Part shown: positions 28,539-39,005 of the stretch, in pieces
Layout of the letters: every line of letters starts with the position of its first letter
Numbering within the stretch: position 1 is the first letter of the stretch
IMG/VR virus record: IMGVR_UViG_3300029286_001711
Source of the DNA: a virus
Lineage: Duplodnaviria; Caudoviricetes
Length of the DNA: 64,000 nt
Reading direction: 5' to 3' (one strand)
Notes under the pieces: model-generated
What the model saw: only the letters and a program-made list of their open reading frames with translations
Told to the model about the DNA's origin: nothing
Databases searched by the model: none
Position numbers and translations under genes: made by a program

Positions 28539-28549
28539 TTTTAATAAAA

Positions 28550-29128
28550 TTAATTTGTGAAAGTAATAGCTGTACCCTGAAGTATGTAAAACTCAAAATC
28601 CACATAAACTTCAGCTTCAAATATATTTGTATGTCCTGCTAACAAGGAAATATCATAGAATCGAGGGTCTATTGAATTATCCGTGTTAACCATCATTAAA
28701 CTTACAGGTACAACAAATCCACTTGCCGTTTCGTAAACTAAGGCAGATGGTGATAGTGCTGTATGACAATCTTTGAGAGATGGGTCAAAAGAATTTACAA
28801 CTGAATTGTTATCATAAACCTTGAAAGTTAAAGTATTATCAGGGTCAAAAACTGTACCTAAGTAGAAAACGTATATATTACTTCCTGACATACTTGTCGT
28901 TGGTACTATTGCACTAATACGGTATCTATCATATTTATTACCATCTACTATGTATAATGAATTTAATGGAATCATTCCACTCTGAACTTCTGAAAAAATA
29001 GTATCAGTTGTAACTGAAATGTCTGGATTTCCACTTGGTGCCCATGTAGCAGTGTTACCACTTGTGATAATAATGTAATTATTAACTGTTGCAGGTTTTA
29101 ACTGTTCTACTCTAACTTTTTGTGACAT
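28550..29128 (-). CDS. Putative structural protein
   Basis: N terminus MSQKVRVEQLK similar to neighbour MSQVRGQQLK; ATATTTAT at 29149-29156. Confidence 0.55.
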   Translation of the reverse strand: MSQKVRVEQLKPATVNNYIIITSGNTATWAPSGNPDISVTTDTIFSEVQSGMIPLNSLYIVDGNKYDRYRISAIVPTTSMSGSNIYVFYLGTVFDPDNTLTFKVYDNNSVVNSFDPSLKDCHTALSPSALVYETASGFVVPVSLMMVNTDNSIDPRFYDISLLAGHTNIFEAEVYVDFEFYILQGTAITFTN

Positions 29129-29160
29129 ATTGGTGATTAATGTTTTTTATAAATATGTGA

Positions 29161-29186
29161 AAAGCCCACTTGTGGGCGGGCTTTTC
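29161..29186 (-). terminator. Hairpin/terminator
   Basis: AAAGCCC...GGGCTTT stem. Confidence 0.6.
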
Positions 29187-29207
29187 AGTAAATTAAAGGA
29201 TTAAAAA

Positions 29208-31310
29208 TTATACGTTATAGTAGAAATCTACTCTATCGGTTGTAATTAAATTAAACCCAGCATTAGTTCCATTCCAACAGAAAAGATTAGTTGCTGCTAT
29301 AGTAGCGAAAGTTTCATAAACACCACTACCACAACCGTTAGCTGATGTAACGAAAGAACAATCTTTATCTGGTGTACCATCACCAACCACATACCAAACA
29401 CCGTTCACTGAAACACCAACATATGAACCATTTGAAGGTGTTGCTGTAATATGTAGACCAGTGTTTGCATTATTTCCGGCTGTATTACCTGAGAGTATGA
29501 CCATACCCTTATTAAGGATGGTTGGGTTAGCACCTGCTGTTTGTGTTTTCCAAGCGAAACCACCAGAACCGGCGTCATAAGTTAAAATTTGACCAGCTGT
29601 TGCTGTAGAACCCGTTACTAAAAGTTTAACTTCTTTTACACTACGGTCTTTTAAACCAACGTTCATACTCTGACCTAGAGTTACAAATGTTGATGCTGTT
29701 ACAACACCATCGTTAAATACAGTGAATCCACTGTTTGCTAACATAGCGTTTGTTACTTGACCAGTTCCGATACCGATTGTTACGGCTCCGTTTGTTGTTG
29801 TTGCTGTTAAACCAGCTTGTGCTGTTACAGATTGAATGATTGTACCACCAATTGATACTGTTCCACCACTATTATTAGTAAGTGTTAAAGTACCGTTGTT
29901 TACTGTACCACCAGTTGTGAATGTATCTCTATAAGGTAATGTGTAAACACCAGGAGCTATTGCTTGGTTATATAATAAACCAACTGTAGCGTTTGGAGAT
30001 GCTGGAGAGGCTCCAGTAGTTGTACCACCAGTTACATAGATTTCAGTTTGTGATAAAGCTGATAAACTAACAGAGTATGTAGTACCGTCATTTCTAGTGT
30101 AACTTAAAAGATTGCCACTAGTAAGTGTACCACCTGTTGTGAATATATTAACAAACGGTAAACTATAACCTGTAGCTCCATTACTGTATTGTAAGTTGAT
30201 TGTACCGTTAGGGTTAGCACTTGTACCAGAAACTGTTACAGTACCACCTGTTACGAAAGTATCATTACTATCAACAGTAGATAAATCTAAGGTATAAGTT
30301 GTTGAATTGTTTTGAACAAAGGTAGCTAATTTAGTTGTATTATTATAAGAACTACCAGTTGTAAATGTATCTTTGTATGGTAACGTGTAAGTACCAGGAG
30401 CAACACCAGTATTATATAACAACCCAATTGTTGCGTTATTATTAGATGTTGTTGCTGTTAAAGTGTTTGTACCACCAGTTACATAGATTTCAGCTTGTGT
30501 TAGAGCTGAAAGGGTAATTGTACCACCTAAAGTTACAGTACCACCACCACCTAAACCAGAACCAGCAGTTACTGTTACGTTACTGAATGTTAAAGCTGAG
30601 TTAGGAATGTTAGCTAAATTAGCTTCGTTTACATAAAGGTAAATCTGATCCGCGTTAACACCCACACCTTGTTGTACAACAACAGTGTTATCTGGTGATG
30701 CTAAAGGACCACTATTAACTGAAGTTGTTGTTAAAATAGCTGAATAAGTTGGTGTAATACCTGTTGATGGATTGGAAATTTCCCAGAAGTCATTAACTTC
30801 ATTCCATCTAATAAATACGTTTGGTTCAGAACCACGGGATACTTCAATACCAACATCTTGTGTAGGTGTACCAGCGGTGAAATTACTATTTAATAAAATA
30901 AAATTATCAGCTATTGTTACTGTTTCAGAGTTAACTGTCGTAGCCGTACCGTTTACAATTAAGTTACCGTAAATAATAACATTATTTGAGAAACCAAATT
31001 GATTCCCTGTGATTAAATTATTATTGGCTGGGTCACCTAAAACTAGGTTATTACTTGTGTTAGTATAAATTGTTTGATTATCTGTATTTACACTAAGACG
31101 TACGTTTGCACCGTTAGGGTTAACTACTGTTAAAGCAGTGGTACCTGTAACTGACTGTATAGTGTCAGCACTTAATGATATCCATTTGAATCCACCAGAA
31201 CCGGCATCGTAGGAAGGAACTTGTCCAGGACCTGCGGTACTACCCGTTACATAAAGCTTTATCGCTTCAATGGTGTTATTCTTTAATTGTTGGCCTCTAA
31301 CTTGTGACAT
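29208..31310 (-). CDS. T/G-rich fibre-like virion protein with internal repeats
   Basis: 700 aa, (F/Y)(T/V)TGG repeats, internal duplications; ATATTTAT at 31343-31350. Confidence 0.7.
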   Translation of the reverse strand: MSQVRGQQLKNNTIEAIKLYVTGSTAGPGQVPSYDAGSGGFKWISLSADTIQSVTGTTALTVVNPNGANVRLSVNTDNQTIYTNTSNNLVLGDPANNNLITGNQFGFSNNVIIYGNLIVNGTATTVNSETVTIADNFILLNSNFTAGTPTQDVGIEVSRGSEPNVFIRWNEVNDFWEISNPSTGITPTYSAILTTTSVNSGPLASPDNTVVVQQGVGVNADQIYLYVNEANLANIPNSALTFSNVTVTAGSGLGGGGTVTLGGTITLSALTQAEIYVTGGTNTLTATTSNNNATIGLLYNTGVAPGTYTLPYKDTFTTGSSYNNTTKLATFVQNNSTTYTLDLSTVDSNDTFVTGGTVTVSGTSANPNGTINLQYSNGATGYSLPFVNIFTTGGTLTSGNLLSYTRNDGTTYSVSLSALSQTEIYVTGGTTTGASPASPNATVGLLYNQAIAPGVYTLPYRDTFTTGGTVNNGTLTLTNNSGGTVSIGGTIIQSVTAQAGLTATTTNGAVTIGIGTGQVTNAMLANSGFTVFNDGVVTASTFVTLGQSMNVGLKDRSVKEVKLLVTGSTATAGQILTYDAGSGGFAWKTQTAGANPTILNKGMVILSGNTAGNNANTGLHITATPSNGSYVGVSVNGVWYVVGDGTPDKDCSFVTSANGCGSGVYETFATIAATNLFCWNGTNAGFNLITTDRVDFYYNV

Positions 31311-31369
31311 AGTTCTTTTTTATAATTTTTAGTTATTATTTAATAAATATTCTTTACTTTTAAAAAACA

Positions 31370-31873
31370 TTAGAAATAAATCATGTTTAATTCATCTGTT
31401 GTTAATATATTAAAAGGACCCGTCCATATGACACTGGTACCACCAGTTATTATATAATCATATGGACTTCCATAACGATATTTTACCCCATTAATAAAAA
31501 ATTTAGTTTCTGTTATATCCGAAGGTGTTGTCGGTAATATTGAATTAAACACTGTTTGACCCTGTGTTGATGCAGAAAAATAGAACACCACCTCAGATAC
31601 TGTAGAACCACTACTACCAAGATTTAGTAGACTCCAATCGGCATCAGTATTAACCCACGGCGGTGCTAATAACTTGTAATAATTATCGTTGTCTTGTTGA
31701 TAGACAATCATACCTTGTCTACGACGCAGTGTAGTTACAGCATTTCTCTGTATACTATTACCAACACTCCTTAAACCGTCAATACCATAAATTGGATCAA
31801 TAACAGCGTAGGTATCCCCCGTTGTACTTGGGGCTATAAAACCAGTAACCGTTACACCACCAATTATTGCCAT
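31370..31873 (-). CDS. Putative virion structural protein
   Basis: RRQGMIVY segment; C-terminal FFING..Y...DY domain typical of phage structural proteins. Confidence 0.55.
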   Translation of the reverse strand: MAIIGGVTVTGFIAPSTTGDTYAVIDPIYGIDGLRSVGNSIQRNAVTTLRRRQGMIVYQQDNDNYYKLLAPPWVNTDADWSLLNLGSSGSTVSEVVFYFSASTQGQTVFNSILPTTPSDITETKFFINGVKYRYGSPYDYIITGGTSVIWTGPFNILTTDELNMIYF

Positions 31874-31889
31874 CTTCTATTTTTTCTTT

Positions 31890-32978
31890 TTATGAACACA
31901 TCCAAACATTTAATGAACCACCAACAATATTGATAGTCCTATAAACGTTATAGGTTTGTGATACGCCATAAGCGTTATTAAATGTTACCGTACCTAAATT
32001 AGAGTATGGAATGTTATTACCAAAACACCCAGCTACCGAATCTCTTAAATCTGTTGGTTGTACTAATGTGTTAGGTATTACTAAATAAATATATGTTGTG
32101 TTTGATGGGTCTGATGCTATTGTAACATAACTGTTAACAACACCCGACGTTAAACTTGTACTTGTAAGTCCAGTTATTTGGGCTGAATTTAAACTTGTAT
32201 TTGTACTTCTACCGTAATACCATCTAGGGTACCAAGTTGCTGAAATTGTAGTGTTAAATGTGCCCGCTTGTGAATTAACACCCGTAATTCTATATAAACT
32301 AAGTGACGCTAATGAACTACTTGATACTGTCGTACTTAAAGTTACACCCGTACTACTAGGACCTGGTGTGTCTGGGTTTAAATTTGATGCTAATATAACA
32401 ACAGAAGGTGTTAATTGTTCGATATATAGTGAACCCAAATTCACATTACTATCATTACTGTTTGCCCAACTAAATGTTTGTACTCCAATAGGAATTTGAT
32501 TACCTAACTCATAAGAAGAAGATAAATTCGTTCTAGAAAACGATGTAAATGTTGGATATTGATATGGATATAACAACGAATCCCACATTTGTTGCATTGT
32601 TTTACCACTAAAACTGGACCCTGCCGGAATACCACCTATTGTTGTTGGAGTTGGTAATGGATTACTATAAATAACTGTAGCTCCAGATAATTCAATGTTT
32701 AAAGGAATTTCAATTGTGACCGCGTCATTCCTAAGAAGGTATAAAATATTGTTTGAAGTATATCCAGTTGTGATAAAAGTATCACCCGAACCACCACCAG
32801 AACCTGTACACCCAGAAAGGTTTACATTAAAAGTTGTGTTATCATCTTTAGTAAAAGTAAGGTTACAACCAATTAAGCCAACGCTAACAATATCCCTGCT
32901 TTTCAAGAAAACAAAGTTATTATCTAATTGTGCGTGGGTTAATGCGTTAGTTTGTAGTCCCCTTAACGTTAATGCCAT
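31890..32978 (-). CDS. Putative tail fibre/baseplate-associated protein
   Basis: N-terminal LTHAQLDNNF; S/T-rich; ATATTTAT at 32992-32999. Confidence 0.6.
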   Translation of the reverse strand: MALTLRGLQTNALTHAQLDNNFVFLKSRDIVSVGLIGCNLTFTKDDNTTFNVNLSGCTGSGGGSGDTFITTGYTSNNILYLLRNDAVTIEIPLNIELSGATVIYSNPLPTPTTIGGIPAGSSFSGKTMQQMWDSLLYPYQYPTFTSFSRTNLSSSYELGNQIPIGVQTFSWANSNDSNVNLGSLYIEQLTPSVVILASNLNPDTPGPSSTGVTLSTTVSSSSLASLSLYRITGVNSQAGTFNTTISATWYPRWYYGRSTNTSLNSAQITGLTSTSLTSGVVNSYVTIASDPSNTTYIYLVIPNTLVQPTDLRDSVAGCFGNNIPYSNLGTVTFNNAYGVSQTYNVYRTINIVGGSLNVWMCS

Positions 32979-33006
32979 TTAATTTTTATTTATAAATATC
33001 TGATAA

Positions 33007-34710
33007 TTATATATCGGTTGGAATTATGTAATAAAAAGTACCAGCTATTTGTACCATCCAATAATCACCTGTACTACTAAAATAATCTACATCTCTTCCG
33101 TTAGCTAAATCAGTAACTACAGCTTCCTCATCGATTCCAACCAGACCCCTATCAAAGGCATCCTTACTTGGTTTTCCGTCTTCCCACCAACCCCAATCTT
33201 TCATCCAACGAATAGGGTCTTGCATTTCTTCAATATATCTTTCTTTATAAACGTTATAAAGTTTTGCCTTCATATAATCAAAAAGGTCATTTAGTTCATT
33301 TTCTATTTTTTTTCTATCCTTATTTATTCCACCAAGTTTTATTTCATACTCATATTTACTAATCTCTTCTTCTTGGAAAGATTTTTTTAAATTATCGATA
33401 TAAGTGTCAATGGTTTTAAGATTTTTTTGTAAATTTAAATAGTATGTGTGATTCTCTTTTTGAAACGGTTCAACGTTATCCAATATTTCTTCATCACTTA
33501 AGTCATCGATATAACTATCAGTTAACTCACGGGCTATTGTTGCCTGGTCTCTTATGTAATAATAATCAGCACTAATATATTCTATAGTTGAAAGGATACC
33601 ATTCAAATCTACAAACTCTCTGGCCCAGTCAACTTTAGCTACATCAATATCATCTTCATCACCCACCATATAACCTGTATTACCCCAGATGCGTTCTAGA
33701 CTGTAAACTTTTAAACCGTAGTTGGTGTAATGTAACTCTTCAATCTCTTCAGCATCCTCTTGTGTTAATTGAAACTGTTCAACTAGGGCCTGAATATGTG
33801 GGTTATCGACAAATCCGAGATTTTTATACATCTCAGCCATTTCCCTTTTCATATAATCTGAAATAGCTTTAATTACATTTTGGGGTACTGTTTTTAGGTA
33901 TTCTTCAGCGGTATCAACATAAGAATAATATGTTAAATCATTATCCTGAGCATCCCATAGTTTTAAACCTGTTAATTTAACATCAAAACTTAATGGGTCT
34001 ATAACTGTATCTATGTTCTTTGTATAAGGAATTTGCCAAGCGATTTTATAAGTATCATCGTCTTTAGTTAGATTTTTATTAATAACATAAATAAGAAACT
34101 TACTAGTCGTTTCACGAGTAAAGTGTGATGAGGTCTCTTTTGATGTTGTACACCATTTAGTGCCCGCACCATAATGACAAGAAGACTCCCAATTTTTAGG
34201 TCTTAGAACTAACCAATTTTTGTCTTCATAAATTTTATCAATACCTTTTCTAAGTTCTTTCTCTTTATCTTTCTTTTCTTTTCTAGTAAATGCTTCATGT
34301 ATGTCGTTTATTAAATAGTGAATCATTTCACTATCGGTAAATTTATATTGGTATAAATCTGTCGTACCTTCTTTTTTACCATCTTCATTAGTGTGAACCA
34401 GGTATGGTAATAACTCATGGAACCTTATTACTAAATTTAAAATTTCATTCGCTGTTTCTATATGTGCTTCAGTAAAGGCAGTATTGTGTTTTTCTTCGGT
34501 ATACCCAAGTAAATCACCATTTATAGAATGAACGGTTGGTAGATGGTCAATTGCCTTAACCATCCATTCCAAATATTTTTGATTACCAGAAGGATCATTC
34601 CTTACGAAAAAGTCGATTAAATCGGGGCTAACATTAGGAAATTTCTTCTTAACATCATCAATTCTATTCTCTAATAAAACTTCTTTTATTCTTTCTAATA
34701 ACATTCCCAT
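33007..34710 (-). CDS. Hypothetical protein, GAGTKWC paralog family member A
   Basis: DPSGNQKYLEW; KIYED..W...PK..ESSCHYGAGTKWCTT; leader VLLENR. Confidence 0.7.
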   Translation of the reverse strand: MGMLLERIKEVLLENRIDDVKKKFPNVSPDLIDFFVRNDPSGNQKYLEWMVKAIDHLPTVHSINGDLLGYTEEKHNTAFTEAHIETANEILNLVIRFHELLPYLVHTNEDGKKEGTTDLYQYKFTDSEMIHYLINDIHEAFTRKEKKDKEKELRKGIDKIYEDKNWLVLRPKNWESSCHYGAGTKWCTTSKETSSHFTRETTSKFLIYVINKNLTKDDDTYKIAWQIPYTKNIDTVIDPLSFDVKLTGLKLWDAQDNDLTYYSYVDTAEEYLKTVPQNVIKAISDYMKREMAEMYKNLGFVDNPHIQALVEQFQLTQEDAEEIEELHYTNYGLKVYSLERIWGNTGYMVGDEDDIDVAKVDWAREFVDLNGILSTIEYISADYYYIRDQATIARELTDSYIDDLSDEEILDNVEPFQKENHTYYLNLQKNLKTIDTYIDNLKKSFQEEEISKYEYEIKLGGINKDRKKIENELNDLFDYMKAKLYNVYKERYIEEMQDPIRWMKDWGWWEDGKPSKDAFDRGLVGIDEEAVVTDLANGRDVDYFSSTGDYWMVQIAGTFYYIIPTDI

Positions 34711-34747
34711 TTAAATAAAATTTGTATTTATATATAAATATTTATAA

Positions 34748-35545
34748 ATGATGGTAAATTCAATTTTTGATACAGAATATAAAACGGTGATAAATAATAT
34801 CTTAAGGGACATTTATCGTGGCACCGAATATTGGGGTGTTGGTGAATCTGGGACTGAGGGTGTTATTAGACCCATTACAGATGAAGATGATCCAACCTGG
34901 TCTAACTATAATTTTATTAATAGTCATTGGACGGTAAAAGATACTATCGTTATACCTTACTTGAGAAGGTTATATAATGTCGGTTTCGAAAAGGATAAGA
35001 GTTATAAAGAGAGTGAGATTAATGCAAACTTTTTTAAAGTATTATGGGATGTTAGAGAAGAGTTATTTTCTCCTGACTCTAACTTAAGAAATGACATTGT
35101 AGAGGCTATTAATAAAACAAGAAAAAAGGGTGTTGAAAGAGAGAACTATGTGAAGTTAGCTTTAGAAACCTTAAGAGGTGTTACTGTTGAACCAGTAGCT
35201 GAAGCTGGGGGTGTTCAAGATTTCATGGGAACCGATTTAATTATACACTCACATAACCCATCATTTAATAACCTTACAGCACAAGTTAAACCCTTTAGAA
35301 ATTTAACAAATGACACTGATAATTGGTTTGTTGAGACCGATGCTTTAAGAAGAGAATACACCCAAGATTTAATGATATTCGGTAAACTAAGTGGTCAAGA
35401 ATATCATGTCGCTATTTTTAAAAATAAACCTAAACTTTTTGTAATAGAAGATAAAAGGGTTACCATCCCTAAAAATTTAATTGTACTTTTAATTAACTAC
35501 AATATTTTTAACAAGAAAAGTAAGTTTAAACTTTATCGTAATTAA
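34748..35545 (+). CDS. Hypothetical protein, possible PD-(D/E)xK nuclease fold
   Basis: D...DL...AQVK pattern; ATATTTAT at 34738-34745. Confidence 0.4.
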   Translation: MMVNSIFDTEYKTVINNILRDIYRGTEYWGVGESGTEGVIRPITDEDDPTWSNYNFINSHWTVKDTIVIPYLRRLYNVGFEKDKSYKESEINANFFKVLWDVREELFSPDSNLRNDIVEAINKTRKKGVERENYVKLALETLRGVTVEPVAEAGGVQDFMGTDLIIHSHNPSFNNLTAQVKPFRNLTNDTDNWFVETDALRREYTQDLMIFGKLSGQEYHVAIFKNKPKLFVIEDKRVTIPKNLIVLLINYNIFNKKSKFKLYRN

Positions 35546-36798
35546 CAAAAGTTAATACCTTGTGTTGGTTTCTGTAAATCAATATCTACTCTTTGTGGTG
35601 TTAGCTGAACACTTTTTGTTTGATTATTATAAACATACCCCACTACTTTTTCTTTTAACGGTCTAAATCTAATTGATAATCTATGGTCTTTAGAACAATC
35701 TCTTTGTCCTTTATTAGACCAGTAAAATTCAAAGTTTTTTTGACCCTTCTCATCAATTCGAGGGATTAAAATGTTTTTATCGTACATAATACCGTTTATA
35801 TGGTTTTCAGCCTCAGTAATAATAGATTTACCTTCATCTTTAAGGTAGTTATAAACATTATCTATGATTCTATTATAAAAAAACCTAAATTTTTCTTCGT
35901 CAACACCCTCTTTTTCTAGGTTGGTTTTTAGGTCAGAATTTTTATAGATTGCATAAAATTCGGACATGTAACTATCAGTTGCGTAGTCCATTTTTTTAAC
36001 TTCTATGTAAGATCCTTTAGGGAAAATAACTTTGTCCCCAACTTTTAAATTATTGACAACCCTTAAATCAGCTTTAGCGGTTTCAAAAATTTCAGCTTTA
36101 TTTTTAACTATAGTATCTATAATACGTTTATATAGAAAATTTTCTTTTAAATTACCCTTATAAACTAATAGAACTAATTTCCAGAATGAATTAACTTCTA
36201 AATCAAGATTAGGCATACGCCAGCTACCACCTATATACTCAAAATTATCACCAACAAAACTTCTTTCATACTCTTGATGTCCAATCATACGAACGTTCTT
36301 TAGTAACTCTTCCATATTTTCTAATGTAAAATCATCACCAGACGACAGTAATTTATGTAATGCATCTCTAATAGATTTTTTAGTTGTCTCTAAAACCTCA
36401 CCACTAGTTAAAACAACGTGGCCCTTTTTCATGGTTGACGCTAAAACTCTTATCGCGTTACCAAAATAATCTAAACCTAAAATAGTTTCAATTACATTAC
36501 GAAAAACCGTTGTATTATTGATTTTTAAATCAACCTTGAAAAAATTATAAATAGTATTAATATCTTCTAATAACTCATTCTGTTCCGTAAGTCCAAGTTC
36601 TAAAATTTTATCTCTTAGCCCACAATAAATGGAATCAGTTTCTTTAGAACATAATTCTGTTAATGCATCTATATTTTCAATTAATAATCCTCTACGTTGT
36701 TGTGCAGATTCATTAACACTGTCTCGTCTTTGTAAGGCTTCTTTAATGTGTAACCCTCTACGTTGTAAAGCTCTCTCTTTATGTCCTTGTACTGCCAT
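35542..36798 (-). CDS. Hypothetical protein with N-terminal 11-aa repeats; possible PD-(D/E)xK fold
   Basis: ALQRRG repeats; KADL...YIEVK; ATATTTAT at 36803-36810. Confidence 0.5.
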   Translation of the reverse strand: MAVQGHKERALQRRGLHIKEALQRRDSVNESAQQRRGLLIENIDALTELCSKETDSIYCGLRDKILELGLTEQNELLEDINTIYNFFKVDLKINNTTVFRNVIETILGLDYFGNAIRVLASTMKKGHVVLTSGEVLETTKKSIRDALHKLLSSGDDFTLENMEELLKNVRMIGHQEYERSFVGDNFEYIGGSWRMPNLDLEVNSFWKLVLLVYKGNLKENFLYKRIIDTIVKNKAEIFETAKADLRVVNNLKVGDKVIFPKGSYIEVKKMDYATDSYMSEFYAIYKNSDLKTNLEKEGVDEEKFRFFYNRIIDNVYNYLKDEGKSIITEAENHINGIMYDKNILIPRIDEKGQKNFEFYWSNKGQRDCSKDHRLSIRFRPLKEKVVGYVYNNQTKSVQLTPQRVDIDLQKPTQGINFC

Positions 36799-36799
36799 A

Positions 36800-37066
36800 T
36801 TAATAAATATTAATCAACTGACCTTCTTCGGATATTAAATTAGAAAAAGGTGCTCGAATAAGACTATCGTATGAAAATACGATAACTGGATAAGGTGGGT
36901 TATACCTTTTTAACCAAAGTTGTGGTAATTTGTAATTGTGTTTGAATAAATTGTTGGATGACCAACGTAGGAGTGACTTATTATCATCATCTAACTGTTC
37001 TACTCTGTCAATATAACCCGATTGGTTTGTAATACTTAAAACTGAATCGTATAATTCATCTATCAT
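36800..37066 (-). CDS. Hypothetical protein
   Basis: 88 aa ORF. Confidence 0.4.
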   Translation of the reverse strand: MIDELYDSVLSITNQSGYIDRVEQLDDDNKSLLRWSSNNLFKHNYKLPQLWLKRYNPPYPVIVFSYDSLIRAPFSNLISEEGQLINIY

Positions 37067-37114
37067 AATTTAATGTTTGATAAAATATAAACATTATAAT
37101 TATAATACTGAATG

Positions 37115-37513
37115 TTATTCTTCAAGTTCACCATCTTCTAAATCACGAAGGTATTCTAAACTCTCAACAACCCATTCTATGGCCTCGATTAACTGTTCCA
37201 TATAAAATTCAGAATACTGTTCTTCAGGGTGTATTTCAACTAAAACATCTGGTTCTTTTGTTTGGATAACTCTTAAATCTTCAACGATATCGTTCAAACC
37301 ATGAACCATATCACTAAATGCCTCTTTTGTGTCATCACCAAAAGAGGTAACACTTCCTTCTGGAAATTCACCAGCCTCTTCTGTACGTTCACTAAGATAC
37401 TTTTTGATAGCTCTATCAATCTTAGATTCGTTCACAACACTACCATCACGTCTTAGTTTTTCTCTAATGATATTTGTAACACTATTTTTATTGAGCCTAA
37501 TTTTTCTACTCAT
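37115..37513 (-). CDS. Hypothetical protein, putative head cargo
   Basis: IIRE/VNES/LSE motifs; ATATTTAT at 37533-37540. Confidence 0.6.
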   Translation of the reverse strand: MSRKIRLNKNSVTNIIREKLRRDGSVVNESKIDRAIKKYLSERTEEAGEFPEGSVTSFGDDTKEAFSDMVHGLNDIVEDLRVIQTKEPDVLVEIHPEEQYSEFYMEQLIEAIEWVVESLEYLRDLEDGELEE

Positions 37514-37570
37514 TTTTACTCTTTATTTAATTATAAATATATCTTAACTTAAGATAATAAAGAATAATAT

Positions 37571-37810
37571 ATGAAAAAGTGGGAAATTGAATTGATGAAC
37601 ATTATGTCAAAAAGTAATGTTGATAGTATGCAGAAAGATGTTAATACATTTATTAATAATCTATTGAAAGAGATTAATACGGGTAATGAAAGTGGGTTAA
37701 TTTTACCTGAACAAAATGAAGATGATCAGAAACAATGGTATAGAATGGGTAAGAATAGAACAATTTTAGATTTATCTGAATATCTTAAAAAAGAATATAT
37801 TAAAGATTAA
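37571..37810 (+). CDS. Hypothetical protein
   Basis: 79 aa ORF. Confidence 0.45.
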   Translation: MKKWEIELMNIMSKSNVDSMQKDVNTFINNLLKEINTGNESGLILPEQNEDDQKQWYRMGKNRTILDLSEYLKKEYIKD

Positions 37811-38048
37811 ATTGCATTGTCTCATAACCCTCAAATGTGTCAAAATCTTCTTTACTGATTTGTTTAACTTTAAAACCGTTATCAAAAAATCCGTCAAGAA
37901 GTTCAATCATATCTTCACCTTCTACGAGTAGTTTAATTTTAAAAATTGGTTTATCTTCTTTAGTAGAAACTTCAATATACTTTGCTTTAGAATTTGTTAT
38001 AGCATCTAAAAGAACATAAACTTTACTAATATGTGAATTATCTTCCAT
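37800..38048 (-). CDS. Hypothetical protein
   Basis: 82 aa; ATATTTAT at 38054-38061. Confidence 0.55.
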   Translation of the reverse strand: MEDNSHISKVYVLLDAITNSKAKYIEVSTKEDKPIFKIKLLVEGEDMIELLDGFFDNGFKVKQISKEDFDTFEGYETMQFNL

Positions 38049-38099
38049 ATTATATAAATATAATACTGTTTATATAAAATAAATCCTTATATTTGTATT

Positions 38100-39002
38100 A
38101 TGAAAATAGGTTACGCTTGTATCAATATGACCCTAGGTGAACAAAAAATCACCACCAATCGTGGTATGGTCAAACGTACTTTTGACTCCAAAGGTGTTAA
38201 GTACGCATCAGAGTTAGCACTCCAAAATGTTCGTGATTTACTCCAAGTTATTAATTGGAATCAACGTAATAATATTAATTTTTATCGTATGTCTTCTGAC
38301 ATGTTTCCGTGGATGTCAGAATACAAATTTGATGACCTACCTGACATTCAACTTATTCGTAATATACTTTCTGGTATTGGCCGTATTACACATTCGTTAC
38401 ATTACGACCATCGTCTTACTTTCCATCCCGGCCCATTCAATGTTTTAGCATCACCAAACCAAGATGTTATTACAAAAACTGTGGCCGAACTTGACCGTCA
38501 TGCCTATATCATGAATATGCTTGGTTTACCTAAGTCTCCGTTCTCCAAAATCAATATACATGTTGGTGGTGCTTACGGTAACAAGTCTGACGCACTTAAA
38601 CGTTGGGTCGATAACTTCTCTTTATTACATGATGACACCAAAGCTCGTCTTACTATTGAGAATGACGATAAACCAAATATGTTTACTGTTGCCGACCTTA
38701 TGTATATATACGAACATACTGGTATACCTATTGTATTTGACTATCATCACCACAACTGTCATAGTGGCGGTATGTCCACCCATGACGCTTTACAGTTAGC
38801 TATATCTACATGGCCTGACGGTATCACACCTATTGTTCATGTATCAGAGCCACGTGATGACCAAAATGTACGTGCACATCATGACTATATACGTAACCAA
38901 GTTGACACTTACGGTTATGATTTAGACCTTATGTTCGAGGCCAAAGCCAAAGAATTGTCTGTGTTAGAGTATCGTAAGAATTTTAATACGTTATTGACGT
39001 AA
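38100..39002 (+). CDS. uvsE: UV damage endonuclease (UvsE/UvdE)
   Basis: GYACIN, FYRMSSDMFP, RLTFHPG, INIHVGG, LTIENDD, IPIVFDYHHH, HVSE, DLMFEAKAKE. Confidence 0.93.
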   Translation: MKIGYACINMTLGEQKITTNRGMVKRTFDSKGVKYASELALQNVRDLLQVINWNQRNNINFYRMSSDMFPWMSEYKFDDLPDIQLIRNILSGIGRITHSLHYDHRLTFHPGPFNVLASPNQDVITKTVAELDRHAYIMNMLGLPKSPFSKINIHVGGAYGNKSDALKRWVDNFSLLHDDTKARLTIENDDKPNMFTVADLMYIYEHTGIPIVFDYHHHNCHSGGMSTHDALQLAISTWPDGITPIVHVSEPRDDQNVRAHHDYIRNQVDTYGYDLDLMFEAKAKELSVLEYRKNFNTLLT

Positions 39003-39005
39003 TTT

